From assembly GCA_002839445.1 (NCBI GenBank), contig PGYB01000022.1:242-64241 (forward strand): DNA of 64,000 nt, given 5' to 3'. Positions 55,185 through 64,000 of this stretch are shown here, piece after piece. Each line of letters opens with the position of its first letter. Within the stretch, counting starts at the first letter, position 1. The position numbers and the translations under genes are program-made. The stretch comes from Candidatus Riflebacteria bacterium HGW-Riflebacteria-1 (GTDB lineage Bacteria > Muiribacteriota > Ozemobacteria > Ozemobacterales > Ozemobacteraceae). The notes under the pieces were generated by a model. It worked only from the letters and a program-made list of their open reading frames with translations, ran no database searches and had not been told where the DNA came from.

Positions 55185-56307
55185 AATTGCGCAGTTCCTT
55201 TTCGTAAAGTTCACCTTTTCGCAAAAAGGCATCTGCTGATACATCGGCATTAGGATATTTTTCGGTTACCGAATTATAATAATTCAAAGCTTTCTCGACA
55301 TTCTCAACACTCTTACGATAGCGAACACGACCGTCAGACGTCGTTGTCTTTTTCATCGAATCAAGATCCTGCTCATAAATCCTGCCGAGACGATAAGTGA
55401 GATCTTCGGTGCCAGGGGCGTCAGGGTATTTCTGCATCATTTCTTCGAGCAGATCGGCAGCACCTTGATAATCTTTCTGCTTGGCATCGAGAACATCAAA
55501 CAGCTTGCGATAGGCGCGAACAGCTTCATCCTGATCGCCAGATGCCGCTATCGCCTGTCGATAAGCGCTGGCAGCCTGCTTAAAGTTTCCAGATTCTGAA
55601 TGCATGTCACCCAGGTCAAGACTGGCCTGGGCAGCCTGCTCGGCATCCGCGGTGGCGGCAAAATCTTCCTGGGTAGATATGGCATCGGCCTGAACACCGG
55701 TGCCGACAGAGAGCCTCTTCATACGTTCCTGGGCTGCGCTGAAGTAGGTGCTGTAGGCATAATCCGCAACAATTTTGCGATAATTTTCGGCCGCCTGCTC
55801 GATCTGGCCGATTGCTTCCTGACTGCTGGCGAGGTTGTAATAGACGCGGTCAATTGCCAGAAAGGCGGGGTGATCTTCAATGATACGCCGATAGATTTCG
55901 ATCGCCATCGGATAATTTTTAACACGTTCTTCATATACTCTTGCCAGATCATATAGAGTCTTAGGCAATTCCGGGCCGGTTACTCCACCAGCCTGCAGAC
56001 CACCGTTGAGCATTTCGGCGGCATCGCTGAAATTTGCCAGGGCACTGGTCATCTGAGCCTCAGCCTGTTTGATTCTGATCTTGCCTATCTCGACCATGGT
56101 CGAGGCATGAAATTTGCCCTGACCCATCAGGGGCTTAAGTTCTTCGACGGCAGCGTCATAGGCCCCTTGCGCCAATTGCTGCATCGCACGCTGAAATTCG
56201 GGCGTAACCTGAACGGGTTGAGCCTGTATACTGTAGCCTGCTAATAACATCGCTACTGTTAACAAGGCTGTAAGATTTGTTCTGAAATCATATTTGAAAA
56301 AAAACAT
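55081..56307 (-). CDS. Exported TPR-repeat protein
   Basis: 408 aa. Leader ...LLTVAMLLAGYSIQA and multiple TPR-like repeats (e.g. AIEIYRRIIEDHP, AAENYRKIVADYAYS, KALNYYNSVTEKYP). Confidence 0.7.
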   Translation of the reverse strand: MFFFKYDFRTNLTALLTVAMLLAGYSIQAQPVQVTPEFQRAMQQLAQGAYDAAVEELKPLMGQGKFHASTMVEIGKIRIKQAEAQMTSALANFSDAAEMLNGGLQAGGVTGPELPKTLYDLARVYEERVKNYPMAIEIYRRIIEDHPAFLAIDRVYYNLASSQEAIGQIEQAAENYRKIVADYAYSTYFSAAQERMKRLSVGTGVQADAISTQEDFAATADAEQAAQASLDLGDMHSESGNFKQAASAYRQAIAASGDQDEAVRAYRKLFDVLDAKQKDYQGAADLLEEMMQKYPDAPGTEDLTYRLGRIYEQDLDSMKKTTTSDGRVRYRKSVENVEKALNYYNSVTEKYPNADVSADAFLRKGELYEKELRNYDQARKSYQEFLDRFPRHEEARKIREKLRDIEGY

Positions 56308-56403
56308 GGTGACGACTCCTGTATTTTTATTAAATATTTGTTGTTGTTAAAAACTCATGATAACATAAGCTAACAAAATTCTGTTCAGACAAGACACAGA
56401 AAG

Positions 56404-57297
56404 ATGCTAAAAAATTCGTTAAATCAACAAGATAAAATGGCCGATGTAGATCTCACAGGCTATTCACATTCGACAGAGGAAAACATCGAAATCGAAATGG
56501 AATTTCGCATGTTGCCTCTCGACAGGGTTTACCCTAACCCGAATCAGCCGAGGAAGATCTTTGACAAACAGGCATTAGATGAACTGGCGCAGTCAATACG
56601 TGAAAACGGCATATTGCAGCCAGTTCTGGTGAGAAAGATCGGCGATCGTTATCAGATTGTATCAGGTGAGAGACGCTATCGTGCGAGCAAACTGGCAGGC
56701 GCCCGAACTATTCCTGCTGTCATCCGTAAACTTGATGAAGAGCAGACTCTGCTTGCCGGACTGATCGAGAACATACAGCGCCAGGATCTCAACCCCATAG
56801 AAGAAGCAAAGACCCTCAGGGACATACTTCTCAACTATGGTCTGACCCACGATCAGCTGGCTGAAAAGGTCGGTCGGAGCCGCTCAGCGTTGACCAATCG
56901 TCTGCGTCTGCTGCAGTTGCCCGTCGAGATCCAGGAACTGGTCATCACAGGCAAGATATCTTCGGGACACGCCAAGATGCTCGCCGGAATTAAAGATCCA
57001 CTAGAGGTGAAGACCTGGGCCAGGCTTATCATCAAAGACCAGATGTCTGTTTATGAGATCGAGAAACGTATAGCACAGAGTCGTACTGCGCACGTGTCAG
57101 GTGCGGCGCTAAAGAAAGGTAAGTCGTCGATGAGTCAAGATTTGCACATCAGAGCTGTTGAAGATAATCTTCAGGAACTTCTTGGTGCGAGAGTCCGCAT
57201 TCGTCATGGGAAAAAAAGCGGTCGCATAGAAATTGAATTCTACAACCGCGAAGATCTTGAGAGGGTCGTCGAAACAATGGTTTCGCTCTGCCCATAA
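56404..57297 (+). CDS. parB: ParB/Spo0J partition protein
   Basis: 297 aa. NPNQPRK, GILQPVLVR...YQIVSGERRYRA, LIENIQRQDLNPIEEA and the HTH block LTHDQLAEKVGRSRSALTNRLRLLQLP. Confidence 0.9.
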   Translation: MLKNSLNQQDKMADVDLTGYSHSTEENIEIEMEFRMLPLDRVYPNPNQPRKIFDKQALDELAQSIRENGILQPVLVRKIGDRYQIVSGERRYRASKLAGARTIPAVIRKLDEEQTLLAGLIENIQRQDLNPIEEAKTLRDILLNYGLTHDQLAEKVGRSRSALTNRLRLLQLPVEIQELVITGKISSGHAKMLAGIKDPLEVKTWARLIIKDQMSVYEIEKRIAQSRTAHVSGAALKKGKSSMSQDLHIRAVEDNLQELLGARVRIRHGKKSGRIEIEFYNREDLERVVETMVSLCP

Positions 57298-57324
57298 TTA
57301 CCATCGTGAAAGGTAAGTAGACCG

Positions 57325-58212
57325 GTGAGAATAAAATTCTGGGGCGTCAGAGGCTCGATTCCCACGCCAGGGAGAGACACGGTAGAATTCGGCGGCAACA
57401 CCACCTGCATGGAAATACTATCTGCAGGCAAAGAACGCATTATCTTTGACGCCGGTACCGGGATCCGTGTACTCGGCCTGGAGCTTATGCAGGCCGAATT
57501 CGGCCAGGGCAAAGGCAAGGCGCACATATTTTTCACCCACTCCCACTGGGATCACATCCAGGGCTTTCCGTTCTTTGCTCCAGCCTACATCGGCCGCAAA
57601 GACATGCAGGGCAACCGCCTCACCGATTTCTGCAACGAATTCAATCTGTATGGCGCCGCTGACGTAGGCGACCGGCTTGAATCAACTCTGCGCGGACAGA
57701 TGGACAACTACTATTTTCCTGTCGATCTCAATTACCTGTCATCAAGCATCAACTTTCGGACCCTCAAAAACAATCAGGTAACCATTGGCTCGATTACTAT
57801 ATCAGCGCTTAAGCTGGTACACCCGAATGGCGTACTCGGCTATCGCATCGAAGACGGCAATTCTTCGGTGGCACTTGCCACCGACTGCGAACACCCTTCT
57901 GACGGAACAATAGATCAGAATCTGCTTGAACTCGCGCAGAATGTCGACGTTCTTATCTATGACGGCCAGTACACTCCCGAAGAATACGCACCGCACAAGT
58001 TCAATCTGCCCGGCCCCGGCAAACAGGGCTTTGGCCATTCAACCGCCCAGGAAGGCATCAGGGCAGCAAAGGCCGCCGGTGCGAAACGCCTGCTGATTAC
58101 ACATCACGACCCGCTCCACAATGACGAATTCCTGCAAAATATGGAAAACGAGGCACGCAAGCTTTTTGCCACAACAGATTTTGCCAGGGAAGGCATGACA
58201 ATCGAGATTTAA
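57325..58212 (+). CDS. MBL-fold metallo-hydrolase
   Basis: 295 aa, GTG start. HxHxDH motif in FFTHSHWDHIQGF, and a distal ITHHD. Confidence 0.8.
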   Translation: MRIKFWGVRGSIPTPGRDTVEFGGNTTCMEILSAGKERIIFDAGTGIRVLGLELMQAEFGQGKGKAHIFFTHSHWDHIQGFPFFAPAYIGRKDMQGNRLTDFCNEFNLYGAADVGDRLESTLRGQMDNYYFPVDLNYLSSSINFRTLKNNQVTIGSITISALKLVHPNGVLGYRIEDGNSSVALATDCEHPSDGTIDQNLLELAQNVDVLIYDGQYTPEEYAPHKFNLPGPGKQGFGHSTAQEGIRAAKAAGAKRLLITHHDPLHNDEFLQNMENEARKLFATTDFAREGMTIEI

Positions 58213-58244
58213 CAACCGATTTTTTATGGTTGTGCAGAGATTGA

Positions 58245-61200
58245 TTGTGGTATGATGTGCATACCATGGGTAAGGCATCTCTTTTAACACCCGTTTACTT
58301 TTTCAGCTCGATCAGAGCTGGTTCTGGCAAGAGTTCAATGCTTGCCAATCTTGCAGTTTTCCTGAACAATATTAATCAGAAAATTGCAATTGTTGATCTC
58401 GACGCCGAAACTCCACTGAAGCTCAAAAACACTTTTCCACGCTCCATCAGCCTTCAGGAATACAGCGACATTTCACTGATCTCACAAAATCACGATTCGC
58501 GATATCAGAAGAATTTTTATTTTACTGAGACCAGCCTGATTTCATATTTTCCTGCGCATCAGCTCAAAGACGCTTCAATGCTGTTCAGCGACACAACTTT
58601 GCGCGATTTCTTCATTCAGATAACTGCCTGCTTTGATACGGTCATGGTTAACTTCCCGTCAGGAGCCTCGCACTGTCAGAAATCCTCTGATCTGCTCGCG
58701 CGAACTCATCTCTGGCGCGGCAAAAGTCCCGTTGCCATAATAGTGTCGCAGGCTGACGAAAAAAGCCTGGTAACCCTGGATTCGCTTATTCATGAGAACC
58801 CTGCCTTCTTTTATCAGCTGCAGGAAAACACACTTCTGCTGTTCAACCGTGTGCCGACTTCAGTAGAAGATCAAAAACTTTCAGAGAACACGCTCAACAG
58901 CCTCGAACTGCGCAGCCTGTTTAATTTTCCGGCAACTTACGTGGTGGGCATCAGCGAAGAGTTTCCTCATCAACGCCAGATTGCAGCGCCGCAGGTTCTC
59001 AACAAAGACTCGGTCATACACCAGACTATAGCGAGTTTTAATCGACTGCTTACCAGCACAGCAAGAAGTTTGAGCCGCGCAACATATGATCTGACCTCTG
59101 ATTATCAGGCCTGTCTCGACGGGCAGCTACTCGAAAAGCTTTCGCCGTATCTCGAAAAAATTCAGGCTCTGGCCGCGCAAAAGCTTTTTCAGCACCCCTC
59201 AGACGTTCAGGTATTTCTTGAAGAGAGCGAAGGCAATTACCGGATCAGAATCAGATTGACCGGCGTAAAACAGCCACTATCCGGCATTCAGCGCGTAATC
59301 GACCTTAACATTAACCGTCAGATTAAAGACCGCCTCTCGCCCGCGATCTGGCAATTCAGGCGCAATTTCGACCTGCCGGCAACAGCAGATATTTACCAGA
59401 AACCAGACAAGCCTGCTCTGGCTGTTAAGCCAATATACCGCTTTGACGATCGCTTTGCCGGTTCGCTCGACTTCAGACTGCGATGCGAGTTTGACTTCAG
59501 ACCCGAACGTGGCCGCTACCCGTCTCCGATTTTTTTCAAGGCCGCCCTTGAAATGCCCGAAATACCTTCACTATCAGAAGTTCTTGGGTACTCGCGCAAA
59601 CAATTCAAAAAGTGTGGTTTTGCAGCTTGTTCGCACCTTTACGCGATATCCGGGGTGACACACTTTTTCATACCTCCAGAATTTGATCTGTCAACCATTT
59701 ATAGCTGCGTTTTTCAGCAGATGTATAGCAGTGATCTCAAAATTTACACCCGCCAGACCTTGCGGCACGTCAAAGAATTTGTTCCGGCTTATCCAATGCC
59801 TGAATGCGTTTTAAGCATGCATGCAGAACTGCCCGATGAATTCGCCCGCACTAAGCAACTGCGCCCCGAAAGAGATTTTCTGGCACGAGTAAAGACTGTT
59901 ATTAAAGAAAATCTTGTAAAAGTCGCCAACGCCGCAGCCAGATTTCGACACAGCGAGCCTCTACTGGCATGCGGAGAGTATCTCGATCAGACTGGCGACC
60001 CCCCGTCGCTAAGTCGACTGACGATTCCGCCCATAATCAGGCTCAGCGCGTCGTCAAAGATTTCCCTTCCCGAGATCAGGGCCCGAACCAACGACCCGGC
60101 AAATCGTGCGTGGCGCGATAATTTTGTTCTTAGAAATATACTCGATGATATCTGCAAAGCCAATGAAACAGCGCTTTACAGCCTTAAACTGCTGAATTCA
60201 GGCATCGATAGCCGGGCAGCGCAGCTTGTCGGGATTTCATTCGCCCAGAAACAGAGCGAATACAGGTCAAATATTCTTACCAAGGCAATTCCAGATAGTC
60301 CGACGACATTTATTTGCGACTATATCACGCCGCTCACCGATAAATACGAGCCTTTACGTGAGCTCAATCTGCCCAGAGCGTTTAAATACGCTGATGTGAT
60401 GATAGACCATTACTTCGCGCCCGTGGTTTACCGACTTTCTCATAGAAACCAGATATCCGAAGAAAAAAGTTCGCGAATATACAATTTCAGTCACCCGGCA
60501 TTTTTTAAGCAAACCTATGCTGAACGTTCTGTCGAAAAGGCTAAATCAGATATCACGCTGCCGCGGCAGGCCACTGCGCACAGATTCGCGGCAGAGGGTT
60601 ACGACTACCACAACCTGGCCTACCGATCCCTGCGCGGAAAGCCAACCATGGCGCACCAGATACTGCCGGTTGCTTATACACAGGCTACAATCGGGGACTA
60701 TCGCGACATCGGCAATGCCAAGGCCACGCGAACAGACCATCTGATCGACGCGAGGGCGAACTCGCTCAAATTCCCGCCGCATAAAGGCAAAATTATTGAG
60801 ATAAGGGTTTTACTGAGCCGACCGCCGTCATTGAGCCATTTGCGGGCTGAGCGGCCAGTTTTCGCTGAAATTTCAGCCCAGTCGACAAAATATGTATACA
60901 GACACCTGTCAGGCAAGAAAGTGCCTGACAAATTTTCAGCTGCCGTGTCTCCTCATCTTCTGCAGATTATTAAAGAACTCGGCACAACAGGCGGACTGCC
61001 GTTTACCCCGTTCTACAGTTTTAATCCCGCTTTTACTCCGCCAACCATCCCGGCTTTTGTAATTGCAGATCCCGAGCTTTACACTATGCCGGTGCGATCA
61101 GGCAGTCGACAGATATGGCATTCTGTCAGCAATGAAATCTCCGACCGGATTGATATTGAAACCATGATAGAAACAAGCAAGTTTGCGCATCAAACAGTCT

Positions 61201-61829
61201 ATTCTGAAAAATTTGTGGAACCTGAATTCTTTTGCAAGCTGCCTGAGCACATCGCATGCGCTCTACGGGCGAGAAATATCGAACTACCACAGTCTCTTGA
61301 TTTTGGCGATTATCAGCGAATCAAAGAGGTTCTCGACCACGAAAGCACAATCTTTTTCTCTGCCGACAAGCGTTTTACCGCAAATTACGATACTTGCAAA
61401 CTCACTGCCAAACCGACTTATCGCCAACCTGCTCTGGCAAAGCAGTCACTACCGAAGGCAGCGGCAAAAATCTGGAAGCAGCTTAAACAACCCAGAAAGC
61501 AGTTCTGGGTTGTTTTTCCTGATAAAATCGCAACGCTTTACCAGCACCTTCTCTGGAGTATCTCTGCCAGACGTCAGCAAACGTCATTGTTCTCAGACTC
61601 TTTTCTCAAAAAAAGCGACGGCACGGCAAAAGCGTTTACCAATAGCGCAGCAGCTGAGACGCCAGACAACCCATTTTGTGACAAGGGATTCATGCCCGCC
61701 ACCAAGCTTTCGCAAAACTTTTTACGCACCAGCATAAAAGTAAAAAAATTGAGTCTCAAAGATATTATGAGTCTCGCCCGCCAGGCCAGTGAAAAATTCA
61801 GCCAGGTCAACAGTCAGCTCCGCGCATGA
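58245..61829 (+). CDS. Giant protein: divergent ParA/MinD-like ATPase domain plus ~900 aa of unknown function
   Basis: 1194-codon ORF (TTG 58245; first in-frame ATG 58266). The N-terminal ~270 aa carry SSIRAGSGKSSMLANLAVFL (Walker A-like), IAIVDLD and DTVMVNFPSG (Walker B-like strand). The rest has no motif I recognise and no obvious TM segment. Confidence 0.65.
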   Translation: MWYDVHTMGKASLLTPVYFFSSIRAGSGKSSMLANLAVFLNNINQKIAIVDLDAETPLKLKNTFPRSISLQEYSDISLISQNHDSRYQKNFYFTETSLISYFPAHQLKDASMLFSDTTLRDFFIQITACFDTVMVNFPSGASHCQKSSDLLARTHLWRGKSPVAIIVSQADEKSLVTLDSLIHENPAFFYQLQENTLLLFNRVPTSVEDQKLSENTLNSLELRSLFNFPATYVVGISEEFPHQRQIAAPQVLNKDSVIHQTIASFNRLLTSTARSLSRATYDLTSDYQACLDGQLLEKLSPYLEKIQALAAQKLFQHPSDVQVFLEESEGNYRIRIRLTGVKQPLSGIQRVIDLNINRQIKDRLSPAIWQFRRNFDLPATADIYQKPDKPALAVKPIYRFDDRFAGSLDFRLRCEFDFRPERGRYPSPIFFKAALEMPEIPSLSEVLGYSRKQFKKCGFAACSHLYAISGVTHFFIPPEFDLSTIYSCVFQQMYSSDLKIYTRQTLRHVKEFVPAYPMPECVLSMHAELPDEFARTKQLRPERDFLARVKTVIKENLVKVANAAARFRHSEPLLACGEYLDQTGDPPSLSRLTIPPIIRLSASSKISLPEIRARTNDPANRAWRDNFVLRNILDDICKANETALYSLKLLNSGIDSRAAQLVGISFAQKQSEYRSNILTKAIPDSPTTFICDYITPLTDKYEPLRELNLPRAFKYADVMIDHYFAPVVYRLSHRNQISEEKSSRIYNFSHPAFFKQTYAERSVEKAKSDITLPRQATAHRFAAEGYDYHNLAYRSLRGKPTMAHQILPVAYTQATIGDYRDIGNAKATRTDHLIDARANSLKFPPHKGKIIEIRVLLSRPPSLSHLRAERPVFAEISAQSTKYVYRHLSGKKVPDKFSAAVSPHLLQIIKELGTTGGLPFTPFYSFNPAFTPPTIPAFVIADPELYTMPVRSGSRQIWHSVSNEISDRIDIETMIETSKFAHQTVYSEKFVEPEFFCKLPEHIACALRARNIELPQSLDFGDYQRIKEVLDHESTIFFSADKRFTANYDTCKLTAKPTYRQPALAKQSLPKAAAKIWKQLKQPRKQFWVVFPDKIATLYQHLLWSISARRQQTSLFSDSFLKKSDGTAKAFTNSAAAETPDNPFCDKGFMPATKLSQNFLRTSIKVKKLSLKDIMSLARQASEKFSQVNSQLRA

Positions 61830-64000
61830 GTTTTAAAAAATCGAACAACAATGACGCTCCAATCTTCGATAAGCCGGCGCAAAAAAAGGCAACAGGCTTT
61901 TTTCTAAGAAGATTGATGAGCCTTGCCGGGAAACCGGTACTGGCAGAAAAAAACCTGCCGATAAGCCCTTCGACTGATGAGCTTGCAGAAAAGTGTTACG
62001 TCTGCAAAATGTCCCTGTTATATCGCCAGCAAAAAATCGCGGCCGCCAGACTTGATTTTAAGCCAACGGTAAAAGGTTATGCCGTTCCACAACATAGCAA
62101 TTTCGAGCATCCAGAGCGGTTTCGCAGCGAATTAAACTGTATTTCAGCAAATGGAGCAAAGCTGAAAACTGTTTTTGCCAACAGGGCCTTAGATACAGCG
62201 GTTCCAATAAAAATAAGCAAACATCACCAGAGCTTTGCCGAACGCTTTGACACCCACATAAAAGCAACCACTGCTTATAGCTTTGCGCCCACTACCGCAT
62301 TACCTGAACTTATTGGAACCCACGCAAAGCTCAATTCAATCAAGCTTGCGGAGACTTGCAATACGATTATGAAGTCTGCGCTGTTTTCGGGATTTAATAG
62401 GCGTCTGAACTGGCAACCGCAGGGTTTCAGTTACCCTGATTCCCAGCTGATTTTCAACTCGCAGTTTCCCGACACCGTCAGCGATTTTTTCAGGTATCTG
62501 CCCGAGCCGTGCAATTTTGCACTGTTTCCCGGGAATTACGGTTTTTTGCCGGCGGTGCAAACAGCTCTGTGCCGCATTGAGCATAACTTCGGCGAACAAA
62601 AATTTGCAACACAGGCACCGAAGTCGGCAGCGAATTTTGATCCGCGAATCGAGTTCGCGCGCAATCTTGTGATACTCTGCAATTCTTCGTTACGCCCGGT
62701 TGAGGGAAATGCCAGCGCTTCACATGCTAAGCCGCAAGACCCAGGACTGTCTCTTGAAGTGTGCAACAGGCAGCTCCACCCAATGCCGCGACACAGAGAA
62801 CGTCTTCAATGCTTGTTGACCGAAGTAGTTGCCCGGATAAAGGCCTCGCCACAAATTAGCTCGCCAGCGCTGCGCAATCTGAGGCTTTCCCCCGGACTGC
62901 AGGCAACCAGCGTGACGCAGAAAAAAGGTCCGTTCGCCGGCACCATGCTGCTAAATTTGGCCTGCCAGGCTTCACGAAGTCGCTTAAAACTCAGGTTGAG
63001 CCTCAAACACGCCGACTACTCAAAAAAAGTTCCCATGATGCAAACGCTGTCACACCACCAGATTTTTCAGTCGCGTATGCCTCTGCCAGCCAAAATAGCC
63101 AACAGCTATCTGCCTCTTGTTCTCGCCGAACCCTCAAAGAAACTGCTTATGCGATCTAAGCCAGAAGTATGCCCAAGCTATGCGGCAAGACGCAGCTCAA
63201 TGCGCTTTACCGCGAACCGGCATGCAAAATATTGCCGCAAGGCTCTGAAAACCATCTTCGAGGCGCGCACAACAAAAATCAGCGAGAATCATGTAAACAC
63301 AGACAACAGATATTGTGTCGCGAGTAAGCTCTCTAAGGCACAACGTTGCAGCGAAAGATTCGCTTCGAGCAAGCTTTGTAATGAAGCGATAAACGCTATC
63401 TATCTACGCTCAATGCCATTTTTGATGAAACTGAGCGCGATGCACTTTACCGACATCTTTCTTCCTGACGCGCAGCGGCGCGCGGTACCGGCAACAGCCA
63501 GCTTTTGCTCAGATCTTGCTCCCCTGCCCCTGCGGCGACGCAACACACTTAAATCGCTGAGATTCAAACTGACGCGCATCAACGATGGCTACGTCGCAGC
63601 CTCATTGCGCGCGCGACGCCGGATCCTGCAACCGTCAGAAACTTTCAGAATTCATGACGCCAGAACTGCGATAAAAATCACAGAGCCCACCAGACTGCCG
63701 GCAGGAACAGGCGAAAAGTTCTATAATCCCGGCTATAGGGGCAGGCTTAGCAGGTTTGCTCTTTCTGACCGCCTGCCTGGACAGATAAGCGACCAGCTGA
63801 AGCTTAGCATGGAGATTCTCGATAATACTCAGCGGGAGGATTTGCCACAAAGGCATTTTATCCATCCGGCAACCTGGGAAAAGGCAACAAGACCGCACAA
63901 ATGTCGGGTTATACTGGCTCCGCACCCGTTCGGGTTTCCGCATTTCCGGTTGCCGATCGACAATTTTCAGCTCGTCGAGTCCTCGATTTCTTTCAAATTC
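61826..64000 (+). CDS. Second giant hypothetical protein, 5' part (open to the window end)
   Basis: The ATG at 61826 overlaps the upstream TGA (ATGA). I translated all 725 codons to position 64000 by hand and found no stop. An in-frame TGA about 35 nt upstream fixes the start. It is absent from the supplied ORF track because it has no stop in the window. Confidence 0.6.
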   Translation, partial: MSFKKSNNNDAPIFDKPAQKKATGFFLRRLMSLAGKPVLAEKNLPISPSTDELAEKCYVCKMSLLYRQQKIAAARLDFKPTVKGYAVPQHSNFEHPERFRSELNCISANGAKLKTVFANRALDTAVPIKISKHHQSFAERFDTHIKATTAYSFAPTTALPELIGTHAKLNSIKLAETCNTIMKSALFSGFNRRLNWQPQGFSYPDSQLIFNSQFPDTVSDFFRYLPEPCNFALFPGNYGFLPAVQTALCRIEHNFGEQKFATQAPKSAANFDPRIEFARNLVILCNSSLRPVEGNASASHAKPQDPGLSLEVCNRQLHPMPRHRERLQCLLTEVVARIKASPQISSPALRNLRLSPGLQATSVTQKKGPFAGTMLLNLACQASRSRLKLRLSLKHADYSKKVPMMQTLSHHQIFQSRMPLPAKIANSYLPLVLAEPSKKLLMRSKPEVCPSYAARRSSMRFTANRHAKYCRKALKTIFEARTTKISENHVNTDNRYCVASKLSKAQRCSERFASSKLCNEAINAIYLRSMPFLMKLSAMHFTDIFLPDAQRRAVPATASFCSDLAPLPLRRRNTLKSLRFKLTRINDGYVAASLRARRRILQPSETFRIHDARTAIKITEPTRLPAGTGEKFYNPGYRGRLSRFALSDRLPGQISDQLKLSMEILDNTQREDLPQRHFIHPATWEKATRPHKCRVILAPHPFGFPHFRLPIDNFQLVESSISFKF

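Noticed and set aside
1-64000. CRISPR arrays, rRNA genes, and additional tRNA or tmRNA genes.
   Set aside because: I saw no regularly spaced short direct repeats and no rRNA-like or further cloverleaf sequences. Only tRNA-Val at 32029-32103 was found.

Overview
This is a 64-kb bacterial chromosomal segment with about 60 protein genes, one tRNA-Val, and no rRNA or CRISPR. All domain calls come from reading the translated ORFs against family signatures I remember; no searches were run.

Layout:
- 1-7600: a visibly lower-GC accessory stretch. It holds permuted direct repeats with cassette-like junctions, a MotA/ExbB-FliL fusion gene, a ParDE toxin-antitoxin pair, an inverted group II intron remnant, an acyl-CoA dehydrogenase/EtfBA operon and a truncated tyrosine recombinase.
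- 7609-10838: ppa, a GNAT acetyltransferase and an ABC-F ATPase.
- 11037-21006: a nine-gene minus-strand operon for the methylaspartate route of glutamate catabolism (GntR regulator, glmS-glmL-glmE, methylaspartate ammonia-lyase, class I fumarase/mesaconase). Three genes of unknown role are embedded in it (DUF1446/AtuA-like, DUF4387, and a P-loop protein with a tRNA_SAD-like domain).
- 21-32 kb: mixed housekeeping and hypothetical genes, HicBA, and two copies of a structured intergenic repeat.
- 33088-38992: two translationally coupled HAMP/class III cyclase genes with reciprocally degenerate catalytic residues.
- 39-56 kb: deoxyhypusine-synthase-like gene, an ABC-2 transporter, GlgX-like debranching enzyme, peptidases, scpAB, trpS, and a TPR/OMP/HD-GYP cluster.
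- 56404-64000: parB, an MBL-fold hydrolase, then a 1194-codon ORF with a divergent ParA/MinD-like N-terminal domain. It is followed by a second ORF of at least 725 codons that runs off the window and is missing from the supplied ORF track.

The best candidates for undescribed biology are the ParB/ParA-like giant ORF pair, the complementary cyclase pair, the unknown trio inside the glutamate mutase operon, and the cassette-like repeat array at the left edge.
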